This document shows, in pieces, positions 29,381 to 39,097 of a DNA stretch of 64,000 nucleotides (position 1 is its first letter; every line of letters begins with the position of its first letter). The notes beneath the pieces are model-generated. The model saw nothing but the letters and a program-made list of their open reading frames with translations. It was not told the DNA's origin and did not search any database. The position numbers were made by a program, and so were the translations under genes. Source of the DNA: Candidatus Shapirobacteria bacterium (GTDB lineage: Bacteria > Patescibacteriota > Microgenomatia > UBA12405); NCBI GenBank assembly GCA_037142555.1, contig JBAXAJ010000004.1, positions 21,738-85,737 on the forward strand. The letters run 5' to 3'.

Positions 29381-31186
29381 TTATTCAAGTTCGAAGGCTT
29401 GTAGATGAATTTTTTTGGCTGTCTTATCGTCAGTATTAAAATATGAGGCTTGGAAAGTATATCTATATTTATTTATTTTTTTGTCTTGATAAATGTCAGT
29501 AATGATTAGTTTCCAAAGAATTTCTGGGCCAATCACTTGAGAATATTTTTCGATTAATTCAATTGGATCTTCTTTAGAATCTAGAATTATGTTGGCATCA
29601 AGAGTTATTATCTGAGAAGTTAGTTCAGTGGCATTATTGTTTTTATTTTCGGGAATATATTTATCTGGTTTTGGTAAATCATCAATGATAATTTCAGCAA
29701 AATTATTATCGATGATGTTATTTGGTAAATTTAATTTTTGAAGATCATCAATGAGTTGTTTTGAATCATAGTTATAAATTCCTAGTGCATTCTTTTCAAT
29801 AAAGTTGTCCCCTTCTTTGTAGAAAATCTTGGCAATTTCAAAAAATTGAGTTGGTGGAAGTTTAAAACGTTCATATTGATCAAGTTGTTGTTTTAGAGAT
29901 GGGATTAAAGATTGGCGAAGATAAATAGCTTCTGAATTAATGCTGTTTTCAGTGGTTATGACAGTCTTCTCGTTAGTTGGAGTTGTCACTAGAGGCCAAG
30001 ATAGAATTTCATCATAAGCAAATTTGGTTAATTGATCTTTTAATGACTCTATTAAATAAATTTCTTTTGGAGTGATGTCAGTTGTTTTTTTAAAAGATAG
30101 TGGTTGGTCGGTTGGGATTTTTTGATAGCCCCAGAAACGGACAACTTCTTCAATTAAGTCGGCTTCGATAGAAATGTCTTTTCTTATGCTAGGAGGAGTA
30201 ACTGAGATTTTAGATTTTAGATTGTAGATCGTAGAGCCGAGTCGAGTGAGACAGTCGAGAGAAAAATCGTTGGGGATTTCGATGCCAGAAACTAGAGAGG
30301 CTTTGTTTGGATCAAATTCTATTTGAGGGATTTTCAGTTTATTTGGGTAATAGTCAAAGATTTGTGAAGAAATTTGGCCACCACAATTTTCTAATATGAG
30401 ATTAACGAGGTGGTTAAAAGCTTGAGGGACTAATTCTGGGTCGAGATCTTTTTCGAGCCGGACACTGGCTTCAGTGACTGATTTTAATTGACGGCTGTTT
30501 TGGCGAACTGTGCCACGGTCGTAGACAGCGACTTCGATGATAGTTTCGGTGGTGTCTAGATTAATTGCACAAGACTCCCCTCCCCAGAAACTAAGACTGA
30601 GAGCTTTGTCTGGACTATTAATCATTAGAATGTCATTATTTATGTTTAATTTTGAACCATCAAGACTGGTGAATTCTTTAAATTTAGAATTCATTTCCCA
30701 AATGAGATTTTCACCAGACTTAGTGGTGTCAAAAGCATGGTTTGGAATTCCATATAGGAACATTATGTAATTAGTTAAGTCAACAATGGTGTTAATGGAA
30801 TTAGTGTTATGACATTTTAAAAATGTTTGTAGCCATTGAGGAGAATTATTGTTTTTTAAATCAGAGATTTTTGTGGCCATCACACGTTTTACATTGTCAG
30901 TGGTCACTTTAATATCTAAATCCCTCTGTCCTTCGGACATCTCCCTTTGATAAAAGGGAGAAATTAATTTGGTGTTGTAGAAAACTGAGAGATCGCGGGC
31001 AAGACCATAATAACCAAGACAATCTCCCCTGTTAACTTTAATATCTAGATCAAAAACTATTTCATTATCAATTTCTTCAAAAAAATTAGTGAAATGACCA
31101 ATCATAGTTAAGTCATCTCTTAATTTTTTATAATCAGAATGGAGATCTGGGAGAAATTTTTTGAGTTGAGAATATATTATTTTCAT
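29381..31186 (-). CDS. pheT: Phenylalanine--tRNA ligase beta subunit (short form)
   Basis: N-terminus MKIIYSQLKKFLPD...LTMIGHF, typical of PheT. It follows pheS with overlap. Confidence 0.7.
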   Translation of the reverse strand: MKIIYSQLKKFLPDLHSDYKKLRDDLTMIGHFTNFFEEIDNEIVFDLDIKVNRGDCLGYYGLARDLSVFYNTKLISPFYQREMSEGQRDLDIKVTTDNVKRVMATKISDLKNNNSPQWLQTFLKCHNTNSINTIVDLTNYIMFLYGIPNHAFDTTKSGENLIWEMNSKFKEFTSLDGSKLNINNDILMINSPDKALSLSFWGGESCAINLDTTETIIEVAVYDRGTVRQNSRQLKSVTEASVRLEKDLDPELVPQAFNHLVNLILENCGGQISSQIFDYYPNKLKIPQIEFDPNKASLVSGIEIPNDFSLDCLTRLGSTIYNLKSKISVTPPSIRKDISIEADLIEEVVRFWGYQKIPTDQPLSFKKTTDITPKEIYLIESLKDQLTKFAYDEILSWPLVTTPTNEKTVITTENSINSEAIYLRQSLIPSLKQQLDQYERFKLPPTQFFEIAKIFYKEGDNFIEKNALGIYNYDSKQLIDDLQKLNLPNNIIDNNFAEIIIDDLPKPDKYIPENKNNNATELTSQIITLDANIILDSKEDPIELIEKYSQVIGPEILWKLIITDIYQDKKINKYRYTFQASYFNTDDKTAKKIHLQAFELE

Positions 31187-32193
31187 AGTTCGTTTGTTTT
31201 GTAGGCTAAATTGCCTCCCATTAGAGTTCTAATATCTTTAATATTTTTTTGAGCCATGGTCCAACGATCTAGTCCCATTCCAAACGCAAAACCAGACCAA
31301 ACTTTTGGATCGATTCCGGCCATTTCGAGAACTTTTGGATGAATCATTCCAGAACCACCCATTTCAATCCAACCGGCATATTTACAGAGAGGACAACCTT
31401 TACCTTGGCAATTGAAACATTGCATGTCTGGGCCAACACCTGGAGCAACTTCAGGATAATATTTTGATCGGTAACGGACAATAACATCTGGACCATAAAG
31501 AGTTTTAAACATTAGATCCATAGTCCCAACTAAATCTTTGATAGTTATATTTTTATCAACAACAACAGCTTGATATTGGTGAAAGATGAAATGATTAGAA
31601 CGATTGACTTTTTCGTTTCGAAAAACTGAACCAGGAAAAGCGGTTCTAATTGGCAAATCTTTATTTTTTTGAGCTAATAGATAGGCTTCAATGGCTGATG
31701 TTTGAGTTCTTAAAAGATATTCTGGTTCTTTAATGTAGATGCTGTCTTGCATGTCTCGAGCTGGATGGTTTTTAGGAACATTGAGACGAGTGAAATTAAA
31801 TTCGTCGGTGACAATTTCTGGGCTGTTATAGATAGAAAAACCAAGTTTTCGAAATACTTCGTTTAATTGTCTTTCAGTTTGAGTGATTGGATGAAGATGG
31901 CCCACCTTTGGTAAAGAAAAAAACGAATTTCTAATTTCTAATTTCGAAATTTCGGTTTTGGAAACATTTTGAGATAAAAGTGATTGTTCTAGTTCGGTTT
32001 TAAGTTGATTTAGATCGGCTCCGTATTGTTTTTTGTTTTCGTTTGGAATTTCTTTAATTTTAGAAAATAGGTCGTTTATTAAACCATTGCGGCCAAAAAG
32101 TTCGATTCGAAGAGATTCGAGCTCTTTGTCAGTTTTAATTTCAGCAATTTTAGTTTGATATTGACTTTTAATTGCTTCTAATTTTTGGTCCAT
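31183..32193 (-). CDS. pheS: Phenylalanine--tRNA ligase alpha subunit
   Basis: Class II motifs FPGSVFRNE, GWIEMGGSGMIHPKVL and GFAFGMGLDR. Confidence 0.85.
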   Translation of the reverse strand: MDQKLEAIKSQYQTKIAEIKTDKELESLRIELFGRNGLINDLFSKIKEIPNENKKQYGADLNQLKTELEQSLLSQNVSKTEISKLEIRNSFFSLPKVGHLHPITQTERQLNEVFRKLGFSIYNSPEIVTDEFNFTRLNVPKNHPARDMQDSIYIKEPEYLLRTQTSAIEAYLLAQKNKDLPIRTAFPGSVFRNEKVNRSNHFIFHQYQAVVVDKNITIKDLVGTMDLMFKTLYGPDVIVRYRSKYYPEVAPGVGPDMQCFNCQGKGCPLCKYAGWIEMGGSGMIHPKVLEMAGIDPKVWSGFAFGMGLDRWTMAQKNIKDIRTLMGGNLAYKTNEL

Positions 32194-32218
32194 AGTTATG
32201 GTTTATTATATCTAAATA

Positions 32219-32251
32219 ATAATAAAAAAGCTCTCCGAAGTCTCGGAGAGC
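32219..32251 (-). terminator. Terminator/attenuator hairpin between rplT and pheS
   Basis: agctctccga-agtc-tcggagagct, a 10-bp stem, followed on the minus strand by a U-run. Confidence 0.6.
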
Positions 32252-32277
32252 TTTAAATTTTGAAAGAGAAAGTTCTC

Positions 32278-32619
32278 CTATTTTACGGCTTCAATGACGG
32301 CTTTAAAGGCAGCTGGATCATTAATAGCTAATTCTGAGAGAACCTTACGATTTAAATCGATTTTTTTATCTTTAAGCATTCTGATAAAAACTGAATAGCT
32401 TATTTCAAAAGGTTTTAGTGCAGCATTAATTCTGACAATCCAAAGTTGTCTGATGTCTCTTCTTCTAATGCGTCGACCATTGTAGGCATATTTACCTGCA
32501 TGCATCACGGCTTCGTGAGCGACTTTATATCTTTTATGACGTGTCATCCAAAAACCCTTAGCAAGCTTGAGGATTTTTTTGTGAGCGGCGCGTCTGGTTG
32601 TTCCTGTTTTAACTCTCAT
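32278..32619 (-). CDS. rplT: 50S ribosomal protein L20
   Basis: MRVKTGTTRRAAHKKILKLAKGF. Confidence 0.85.
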   Translation of the reverse strand: MRVKTGTTRRAAHKKILKLAKGFWMTRHKRYKVAHEAVMHAGKYAYNGRRIRRRDIRQLWIVRINAALKPFEISYSVFIRMLKDKKIDLNRKVLSELAINDPAAFKAVIEAVK

Positions 32620-32624
32620 TTATT

Positions 32625-32834
32625 TTATAATTTACCTAATAACTTTTTAACTCTGATTGCGATAGCTCCAAGAACTGGTTGTTTACCTTTAAGTCGGCGG
32701 AGTTGCTTTTTGCTTTTCTTGCGTCGTAAATGTCGATTAAAAGATGACATACGCAAAACTTTACCGGTTCTGGTGATTTCGAATCTGTTACTGACAGATT
32801 TTTTTATTTTTAGTTTTTTACTTTGTTTCTTCAT
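32625..32834 (-). CDS. rpmI: 50S ribosomal protein L35
   Basis: MKKQSKKLKIKKSVSNRFEITRTGKVLR. Confidence 0.8.
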   Translation of the reverse strand: MKKQSKKLKIKKSVSNRFEITRTGKVLRMSSFNRHLRRKKSKKQLRRLKGKQPVLGAIAIRVKKLLGKL

Positions 32835-33384
32835 TTTTATTTCCTCCGACTTTTTTAGAAGGTGTGAATGTAAGCATTAATCTTTTTCCGATTAATTTGG
32901 CTTCACCTTCTGGAGAACCAAACTCTTGTAAATCGGTTTTAAACTTTTCGATTAAAGTGTGTCCAAATTCTTGATGATTCATTTGGCGACCTTGGAATTT
33001 TACACTTAATTTGATTTTATTTCCAGCAGTTAAAAATTTTTGCGATCTTTTAAGTCTGGTTTCGTAGTCTCCTTGACCAATAAATGGGGTCATTTGGATT
33101 TCTTTTAGGTCTCCACCCTTGATTCCTTTCTTTTCTGCCTTCTGTTTTTTGGACTCTTGATATTTAAATTTAGAGAAACTGATTAGTTTAACAACTGGTG
33201 GGAGAGCATTACCATTGATTTCGACTAGATCTAGTCCTTCTTCAACAGCTTTTTGACGAGCTTCTTCAATTGAGACGATGCCTATTTGTTTACCATCATC
33301 ACTGAGAAGTCGAATAGTTGGCGCATTAATGTAATGATTTATTTTATAAAATTTTCGGTTTGAATTTGTCTTGAAACTACTCAT
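32818..33384 (-). CDS. infC: Translation initiation factor IF-3
   Basis: INAPTIRLLSDDGKQIGIVSIEEARQKA. Classic thrS-infC-rpmI-rplT order. Confidence 0.8.
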   Translation of the reverse strand: MSSFKTNSNRKFYKINHYINAPTIRLLSDDGKQIGIVSIEEARQKAVEEGLDLVEINGNALPPVVKLISFSKFKYQESKKQKAEKKGIKGGDLKEIQMTPFIGQGDYETRLKRSQKFLTAGNKIKLSVKFQGRQMNHQEFGHTLIEKFKTDLQEFGSPEGEAKLIGKRLMLTFTPSKKVGGNKNEETK

Positions 33385-33393
33385 ATAATTTGT

Positions 33394-35172
33394 CTATTTT
33401 ACCAGATTTAGGCTCTTTTTTGCGATTTGAGTTTTAAGAGAATCTATAAAATCGTTTAATGTCATAGAACCAAGGTCTTGACCATCGCGTTGACGGACAG
33501 AAATAGTGTCGTTTTCGACCTCACGAGCACCGATAATGACCATATATGGTATTTTATCCCCGGCTGCAATTCTGATCTTGTTTTGCATGGTTTCAGCTTT
33601 GTCATCGATTTCAACTCTAATTCCATTTTCTTTTAGAGTTTGTTCGACTTTTTTAGCATATTCCAATTGACCATCAGTGATAGGAATCACTTTAACTTGA
33701 GTTGGAGAAAGCCAAAGTGGGAAATTACCTTTATATTTTTCAATAAGGAAAGCCATTGTTCTTTCAAGACAACCAATAGATGAACGATGAATAACCACTG
33801 GTCTTTCTTCTTTGCCTTCTTTATTTGTAAAAACTAAATCAAATCTATCTGGCATGACAAAATCATATTGAACTGTAAAAGCAGTTTCTTCTTTACCACC
33901 AGCTTTTTTGACTTGGATATCAATTTTTGGACCATAAAAAGCGGCTTCATTAGCTGCTTCATAAAATGGTGCTTTTAATTCAACCAAAACACTTCGAAGA
34001 ACATTCTCAGCATATTCCCAAGATTCATCATCTTTGTAATATTTTTTGGTATCATTTCTGTCACCTAAAGATAGGCGGAATCGATAATCAACACCTTTGG
34101 TCATGCCAAGTGTGCCATTAATGAAATCAACTAATTCTAGAACTTCTTTTATAACTTGTTTTGCCTGTTCTTTGGCACTAATTATGTGAGCATCGGCTAA
34201 ACAGAACATTCTTACTCGAGTTAAACCAGATAATTCACCACTTTTTTCGTAGCGATATTGATGAGCAATTTCGCCAATTCGATAAGGTAAATCTCGATAA
34301 CTATGAGGTTCTGACTTATAAAACATGAAATGGTGGGGACAAGTCATTGGTTTTAAAATCAATTCTTCTTCATCAATTTTCATGATAGGATACATAGTAT
34401 CTTTGTAGTATGGATAATGTCCTGATTTTTTGTATAAATCAACTTTGGCTAGATCTGGGGTGACAACATGGTGATAACCACGTTTTAACTCTTCATCAAC
34501 AGTAAAACGTTCTAATTCTCTTTTAATAGTGGCACCTTTTGGTCCAAATGTTGGTAATCCTTTGCCGATAATGTCGGAAAAAACAAATAATTTTAAATCT
34601 TGACCAATTTTTCGATGATCATTTAATTTAGCATCTTCTATTTCTTTTAAATATTTTTCCAATTCTTCTTTAGAATCAAAGGCGGTGCCGTAGATTCGAG
34701 TTAACATTTTGTTCTTTTCATCACCATGCCAATAGGCACCAGCAATTGAAAGAAGTTTGAAAGCTTTGATTTGTTTGGTATAACGAAGATGAGGACCACT
34801 ACAAAGATCGACAAATTCATCACCAGTTTTGTAGATAGTAATGACTTCACCTTTATCTTGAATGGAATTTAACCATTCCATTTTGTAAGGGTTATCTTTG
34901 AATAATTCTTTAGCTTGGTCAATGTTGATTTCTTCCCTAGTTATAGGGAAATTTGCTTTAATTGTTTTAGCCATTTCGGCCTCAATTTCAGCAAAATCAT
35001 TTTCACTGACTTTAAAATCCCCTATTGTCTCGAAATCAAAATAAAAACCATCATCAGTGGCTGGCCCCATGGCCATTAAAAATTTATTAGGAAATAGGCG
35101 TTCCATGGCTTGAGTCAAGACATGTTCAGCTGAATGACGAATTGTTTTAAGGTCTGAATTATTTGAATCCAT
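33394..35172 (-). CDS. thrS: Threonine--tRNA ligase (lacks the N-terminal TGS region)
   Basis: HSAEHVLTQAM (second additional domain HxxxH), class II core, and the C-terminal anticodon-binding VIIGAREVENDTISVRQRDG. Confidence 0.75.
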   Translation of the reverse strand: MDSNNSDLKTIRHSAEHVLTQAMERLFPNKFLMAMGPATDDGFYFDFETIGDFKVSENDFAEIEAEMAKTIKANFPITREEINIDQAKELFKDNPYKMEWLNSIQDKGEVITIYKTGDEFVDLCSGPHLRYTKQIKAFKLLSIAGAYWHGDEKNKMLTRIYGTAFDSKEELEKYLKEIEDAKLNDHRKIGQDLKLFVFSDIIGKGLPTFGPKGATIKRELERFTVDEELKRGYHHVVTPDLAKVDLYKKSGHYPYYKDTMYPIMKIDEEELILKPMTCPHHFMFYKSEPHSYRDLPYRIGEIAHQYRYEKSGELSGLTRVRMFCLADAHIISAKEQAKQVIKEVLELVDFINGTLGMTKGVDYRFRLSLGDRNDTKKYYKDDESWEYAENVLRSVLVELKAPFYEAANEAAFYGPKIDIQVKKAGGKEETAFTVQYDFVMPDRFDLVFTNKEGKEERPVVIHRSSIGCLERTMAFLIEKYKGNFPLWLSPTQVKVIPITDGQLEYAKKVEQTLKENGIRVEIDDKAETMQNKIRIAAGDKIPYMVIIGAREVENDTISVRQRDGQDLGSMTLNDFIDSLKTQIAKKSLNLVK

Positions 35173-35201
35173 TATATGATTATTTTAACAGGAAAATAGT
35201 T

Positions 35202-35684
35202 TTAAATTTGAATGTTAAATTTATTTCTAATATAGGTTTGAGCATTCTTTGCTTCTCTAAAACAGATTATCTCTTTTACTCCGATTTTGTTGATTAAATT
35301 TTCTCCAGTGATTGTTTCTTCAAGATTTAAAAAATTATTATGAGTAATGATGATTAATCTTTTATCTTTTAGACATTTATAGTAATCATTTGGAGTTTTT
35401 TTTGTTTGATTGAAAATTTTTCTTTGGTTTTCGCTATTATGGGAACTACCAATTACATTAGTGCTTAAAATAAGTTCATGGTCATTTAAATGGTAGGATA
35501 AACCATATATTCCTCCTGAAAGACAGGCAAAATCTTTATTCCCTTGGTCGATTAAATTTCTGACTAATTTAGGACTTGAATCTTCTCCATAAATACACGC
35601 AATTATAGTGTTCGCTTTGGAAATATCGAAAATTTTTATATTTTCGATATGTTCTTTTGATATTGGTGAAATAATTTCAGACAT
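35202..35684 (-). CDS. Hypothetical protein
   Basis: 160-aa ORF with good coding density and no motif I can assign. Confidence 0.35.
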   Translation of the reverse strand: MSEIISPISKEHIENIKIFDISKANTIIACIYGEDSSPKLVRNLIDQGNKDFACLSGGIYGLSYHLNDHELILSTNVIGSSHNSENQRKIFNQTKKTPNDYYKCLKDKRLIIITHNNFLNLEETITGENLINKIGVKEIICFREAKNAQTYIRNKFNIQI

Positions 35685-35691
35685 AATTTAG

Positions 35692-35765
35692 TGAGTCTAA
35701 GAGGACTCGAACCTCTGACCTCTTCGATGTCAACGAAGCGCTCTAACCAACTGAGCTATAGACTC
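35692..35765 (-). tRNA. tRNA-Val(GAC)
   Basis: Cloverleaf: acceptor gagtcta/tagactc, anticodon loop ttGACat, T-loop ttcgagt. Confidence 0.75.
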
Positions 35766-35855
35766 TTATTATTAAAGTTTCTAACCAACTGACCCTCCTT
35801 CGCTAAAGCTACGGACGGGCAAAGGCTAAGACTCGGATAGATGAGATTATATCAA

Positions 35856-36422
35856 TTAATTTGCAGAACGGGAAGCCGAATGTTCACTACTCATTAAATA
35901 TTGTTCACCACCATTTTTACTTTTGGCTTTATTCCAGAAAGCATTTTTCTTTTTGCTCTTGTGCATGAATGATTCCATCCAAGCTCCAGCTTCAGATATA
36001 TTTTGATTGAAATTTACAATTAAGTTTTTGATTCTTTTAAGAAAACCAATTTGATATTCGTTAGCATCAATAACAGGTTGGAAAGCAACTTTTTCAACTT
36101 CAGAATCGAGATTTTTGACAGAATTGACTAATTTTTTGATTTCAGCAGTTAATTCTTTAATTTCTTGTTGGAGTTCAAGACGTTCTTCTCTGACTAAAGT
36201 TTCTTCTTGTCTTTGAATGTTGTTTTGACCAAAGAGATATTCTTTTTTCCAAGTAGATTCGAGTTTAGGAGTTTTATTGACTTCAATGGATTGACCAAGA
36301 TTAAGAATGCCTTTAAGGCTGAATTTAGGCGCGTTATCGACGACTTGTGAAGAAGACTCAAGTTCGTTTTTATTTATATTGTTGTTTTTAAGGTTTTTTT
36401 GAAAACCAAATCCACCTGCCAT
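35856..36422 (-). CDS. Hypothetical coiled-coil protein
   Basis: 188 aa. The central region is heptad-rich (EETLVREERLELQQEIKELTAEIKKLVNSVKNLDSEVEK). Confidence 0.4.
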   Translation of the reverse strand: MAGGFGFQKNLKNNNINKNELESSSQVVDNAPKFSLKGILNLGQSIEVNKTPKLESTWKKEYLFGQNNIQRQEETLVREERLELQQEIKELTAEIKKLVNSVKNLDSEVEKVAFQPVIDANEYQIGFLKRIKNLIVNFNQNISEAGAWMESFMHKSKKKNAFWNKAKSKNGGEQYLMSSEHSASRSAN

Positions 36423-36448
36423 AGTGCAATATTATAACACAAAAACGC

Positions 36449-37252
36449 TTATTTTAGAGTTTTCAAGTATTCAAAAACTTTTTGTTGAATTAGAAGATAA
36501 TTAACAAAGTTAATGTTAGAAGCTAAGTTAGGATTATGGCTGATTAAATCTTTAATTTCTTGTTCAGTGACTTGGATTTTTTGATTTTCAGCAATCTTAG
36601 AAATAGCTAAATTAATAGTCCATTCTCTTTCAATTTGAGTTTTGAGAGTTTCTTTATATTGTTCGATAGTTTGCTTTTTATCTTTAAGATATTGATCAAT
36701 AGTTGTTCCAGCTTGGTTAGCTTGATCTATTAATTGGCTAAGGTGATGTTGGATATCGCTTTCAATTAAAATTGCAGGAAATTCGACTTTACTGTTTTTA
36801 ACTAAAACATCAATAGTTTGGTCTATTTTCTTATTTTCTTCTAAATCTTTTGAAGCATTTATTTTTTTAATTTCAGATTCAAATTTTTCATTTAATTCAA
36901 TTTCTGGCAATTCACAGCCGGTTAATTCAATTTCCCAATCTTTTTCAAAAGAAGGTGGAGAGTTTTTGAAGTTAACTTGAGGTTGGATTATTGGTTTTAA
37001 ACCAAGTTCTTTAACCTTATCACTGTAAGCTTTGGAAATTAGGTTGCTGGCTACTTCTTCAATAATGTGTTCTTTAGAAATTTGTTGTTCAACAACATTC
37101 ATTGGAGTTTTACCTTTTCGGAAACCTTTGGTGGAAAGTTCGGACTGAACTGATTTTAAGGAATTTTGATATTCCTTCAAAATGTCTTCTTTTTTGATAG
37201 TGACATTGATAATAAAAGTTTTATTTTTTGTTTCTTTTTTATTTGTCTTCAT
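36449..37252 (-). CDS. tig: Trigger factor (short, N-terminal and C-terminal arm domains only)
   Basis: Ribosome-binding signature GFRKGKTP in the N-domain. It is 267 aa versus ~430 typical. Confidence 0.55.
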   Translation of the reverse strand: MKTNKKETKNKTFIINVTIKKEDILKEYQNSLKSVQSELSTKGFRKGKTPMNVVEQQISKEHIIEEVASNLISKAYSDKVKELGLKPIIQPQVNFKNSPPSFEKDWEIELTGCELPEIELNEKFESEIKKINASKDLEENKKIDQTIDVLVKNSKVEFPAILIESDIQHHLSQLIDQANQAGTTIDQYLKDKKQTIEQYKETLKTQIEREWTINLAISKIAENQKIQVTEQEIKDLISHNPNLASNINFVNYLLIQQKVFEYLKTLK

Positions 37253-37280
37253 AAGTAGGTCTATGATAACATGATTAATA

Positions 37281-37901
37281 GTGATGCAAAAATCAGTAAA
37301 TGGAATAAATAAGCTTGTGTTTTTTTTAGTATTCGGAGTTTTTGTGGTGGTCTTTTTATATGGAGAAATGTTTGCTCTAGTTCAAATGAGAGGGAATGGA
37401 TCTGTTAAAGCTACAAATTTAGATAGTGCTACTAAAATATTGATTGGTAATGCAAAAAACAATGATAAAGATAGTGAAATGATGATGAGTTCGGAAATTG
37501 CTGGTGGTGACGCTAGACCGATGTTGATTAAAAAGTATCTAGAAAAATATAACTCTCCCCTAGCCCCTTATTCAAACTTAATTTTTGAATTGTCTGAACG
37601 TTATGGTTATGAATACTATTGGATAGTGGCAATTGCCCAACAAGAATCTAATTTATGTAAGAAAGTTCCAGAAGAATCACACAACTGTTGGGGTTATGGA
37701 ATTAATAAAGCTGGGACTCTTAAATTCGATAATTATGAGTTAGCTTTAAAAAGCTACGCAGAATATCTAAAACGTGAATATTTTGATAAAGGTAGAAACA
37801 CTACAGAATTGATTATGAAAAAATATTGTCCAAGTTCAAACGGTTCCTGGGCAAATGGAGTGAACCAGTTTATTGAAGAGATGAAAAGTGGTGACTTTTA
37901 A
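37281..37901 (+). CDS. Membrane-anchored lysozyme-like / lytic transglycosylase-like protein
   Basis: N-terminal TM. IVAIAQQESN resembles the SLT-domain catalytic Glu-Ser motif. Confidence 0.4.
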   Translation: MMQKSVNGINKLVFFLVFGVFVVVFLYGEMFALVQMRGNGSVKATNLDSATKILIGNAKNNDKDSEMMMSSEIAGGDARPMLIKKYLEKYNSPLAPYSNLIFELSERYGYEYYWIVAIAQQESNLCKKVPEESHNCWGYGINKAGTLKFDNYELALKSYAEYLKREYFDKGRNTTELIMKKYCPSSNGSWANGVNQFIEEMKSGDF

Positions 37902-38012
37902 TGTGTAACTGATTAATATATTGACTTGTCTATAATATTTTGATATATTACATATTAGGTCCCGGGGTGGCTCCTCTAAAAAGCATGCTCTGGGATTTTT
38001 TTTGGTCTAAAT

Positions 38013-38042
38013 CCCCCTTTATCCCCCTTTGAAGAAAGGGGG
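38013..38042 (+). promoter_or_regulatory. efp leader: duplicated cccccttt plus hairpin ccccctttgaagaaaggggg
   Basis: 8-bp perfect stem 22 nt upstream of the efp start. The 5' arm is tandemly duplicated, which allows alternative pairing. No U-run follows. Confidence 0.35.
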
Positions 38043-38063
38043 AAATAATATAAAATCAGAAGC

Positions 38064-38627
38064 ATGGGAGTTATTTCAACATCACAATTCAAAAAAGGTA
38101 TTTATATTCTTTTCCAAGACACGCCACATATGGTGGTAGATATTTCTTTTGTTTCACCTGGTAAAGGTTCAGCTTTTTATAGAACAAAGTTAAAGAATTT
38201 ATATACTGGAAGAGTTGTTGAATACACTTATAAATCTGGTGAAAAAGTTGAAGAAGTTTTGGTTGAAACACAAGAAGCAGAATATTCATACTTTGATGGT
38301 TCTAATTATGTGTTTATTGAGCCAAGAACTTTTGAACAATATTTCGTTCCGGCAGAAATTATTGGTGATGATAAGGTTTATTTAAAAGAAGGTCTTTTAT
38401 ATAGAATTAAGTTTTATGATGAAAATCCGGTTGGAATTACTTCGCCAAAGAGTATTGCTTGTATAGTAGTTGAGGCGGAAAATTCGGTCAAAGGTGACAC
38501 TGCAACTTCAGCAACAAAGCTAGCTATTTTGGACACTGGGGCTAGAGTTCAAGTTCCTCTTTTTATAAAAGTTGGAGAAGAAATTTTAATAAATACAGAG
38601 ACAGGATCTTATTTGTCACGAAAATAA
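38064..38627 (+). CDS. efp: Elongation factor P
   Basis: KGSAFYRTKLKNL loop region and EF-P length and domains. Confidence 0.85.
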   Translation: MGVISTSQFKKGIYILFQDTPHMVVDISFVSPGKGSAFYRTKLKNLYTGRVVEYTYKSGEKVEEVLVETQEAEYSYFDGSNYVFIEPRTFEQYFVPAEIIGDDKVYLKEGLLYRIKFYDENPVGITSPKSIACIVVEAENSVKGDTATSATKLAILDTGARVQVPLFIKVGEEILINTETGSYLSRK

Positions 38628-38660
38628 AGATATTTTGATAAAATACAGGGTAAGTTATAT

Positions 38661-38734
38661 GTCCTCATAGCTCAGTTGGATAGAGCGCTTCCCTTCTAAG
38701 GAAGAGGTCGCAGGTTCGATCCCTGCTGAGGATA
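38661..38734 (+). tRNA. tRNA-Arg(TCT)
   Basis: Anticodon stem cttcc/ggaag, loop ctTCTaa. Confidence 0.75.
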
Positions 38735-38747
38735 CTCGTTTATATGA

Positions 38748-38819
38748 GCGCCTGTAGCTCAATGGATAGAGTAATAGTCTTCGGAACTATTGATGGGGGT
38801 TCGATTCCCTCCAGGCGTA
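38748..38819 (+). tRNA. tRNA-Arg(TCG)
   Basis: Anticodon stem atagt/actat, loop ctTCGga. Confidence 0.65.
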
Positions 38820-38824
38820 CCCGA

Positions 38825-38897
38825 GGGTTGCTAGCTCAGTCGGTAGAGCAATCGCCTCTTAAGCGATCGGTCGTCAGTTCGAGTCTGACGCAACCCA
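38825..38897 (+). tRNA. tRNA-Lys(CTT)
   Basis: Anticodon stem atcgc/gcgat, loop ctCTTaa. Confidence 0.75.
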
Positions 38898-38936
38898 CAA
38901 TGTAAATTATTACATTTTAATAATTTGCCGCAGTGT

Positions 38937-39008
38937 TGAAATTGGTATACAAGCACGGCTTAGGACCGTGTGGGGAAACCCATGGAGGTTCAAGTCCTCT
39001 CTGCGGCA
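38937..39008 (+). tRNA. tRNA-Leu(TAG)
   Basis: Type II tRNA, loop ctTAGga, long variable arm. Confidence 0.7.
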
Positions 39009-39097
39009 CTTGGGACTATTTTGTGTTAAACTCTTAAAAAATAACAAACAATGGCGTTTGTGAACTTTAAAAAATAAAAGAGAAAGAAGGTGTATTT

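Noticed and set aside
37902-37990. Terminator after the lysozyme-like gene (gcatgctctggga + T8)
   Set aside because: Only a 3-4 bp potential stem precedes the T-run. It is too weak to call.
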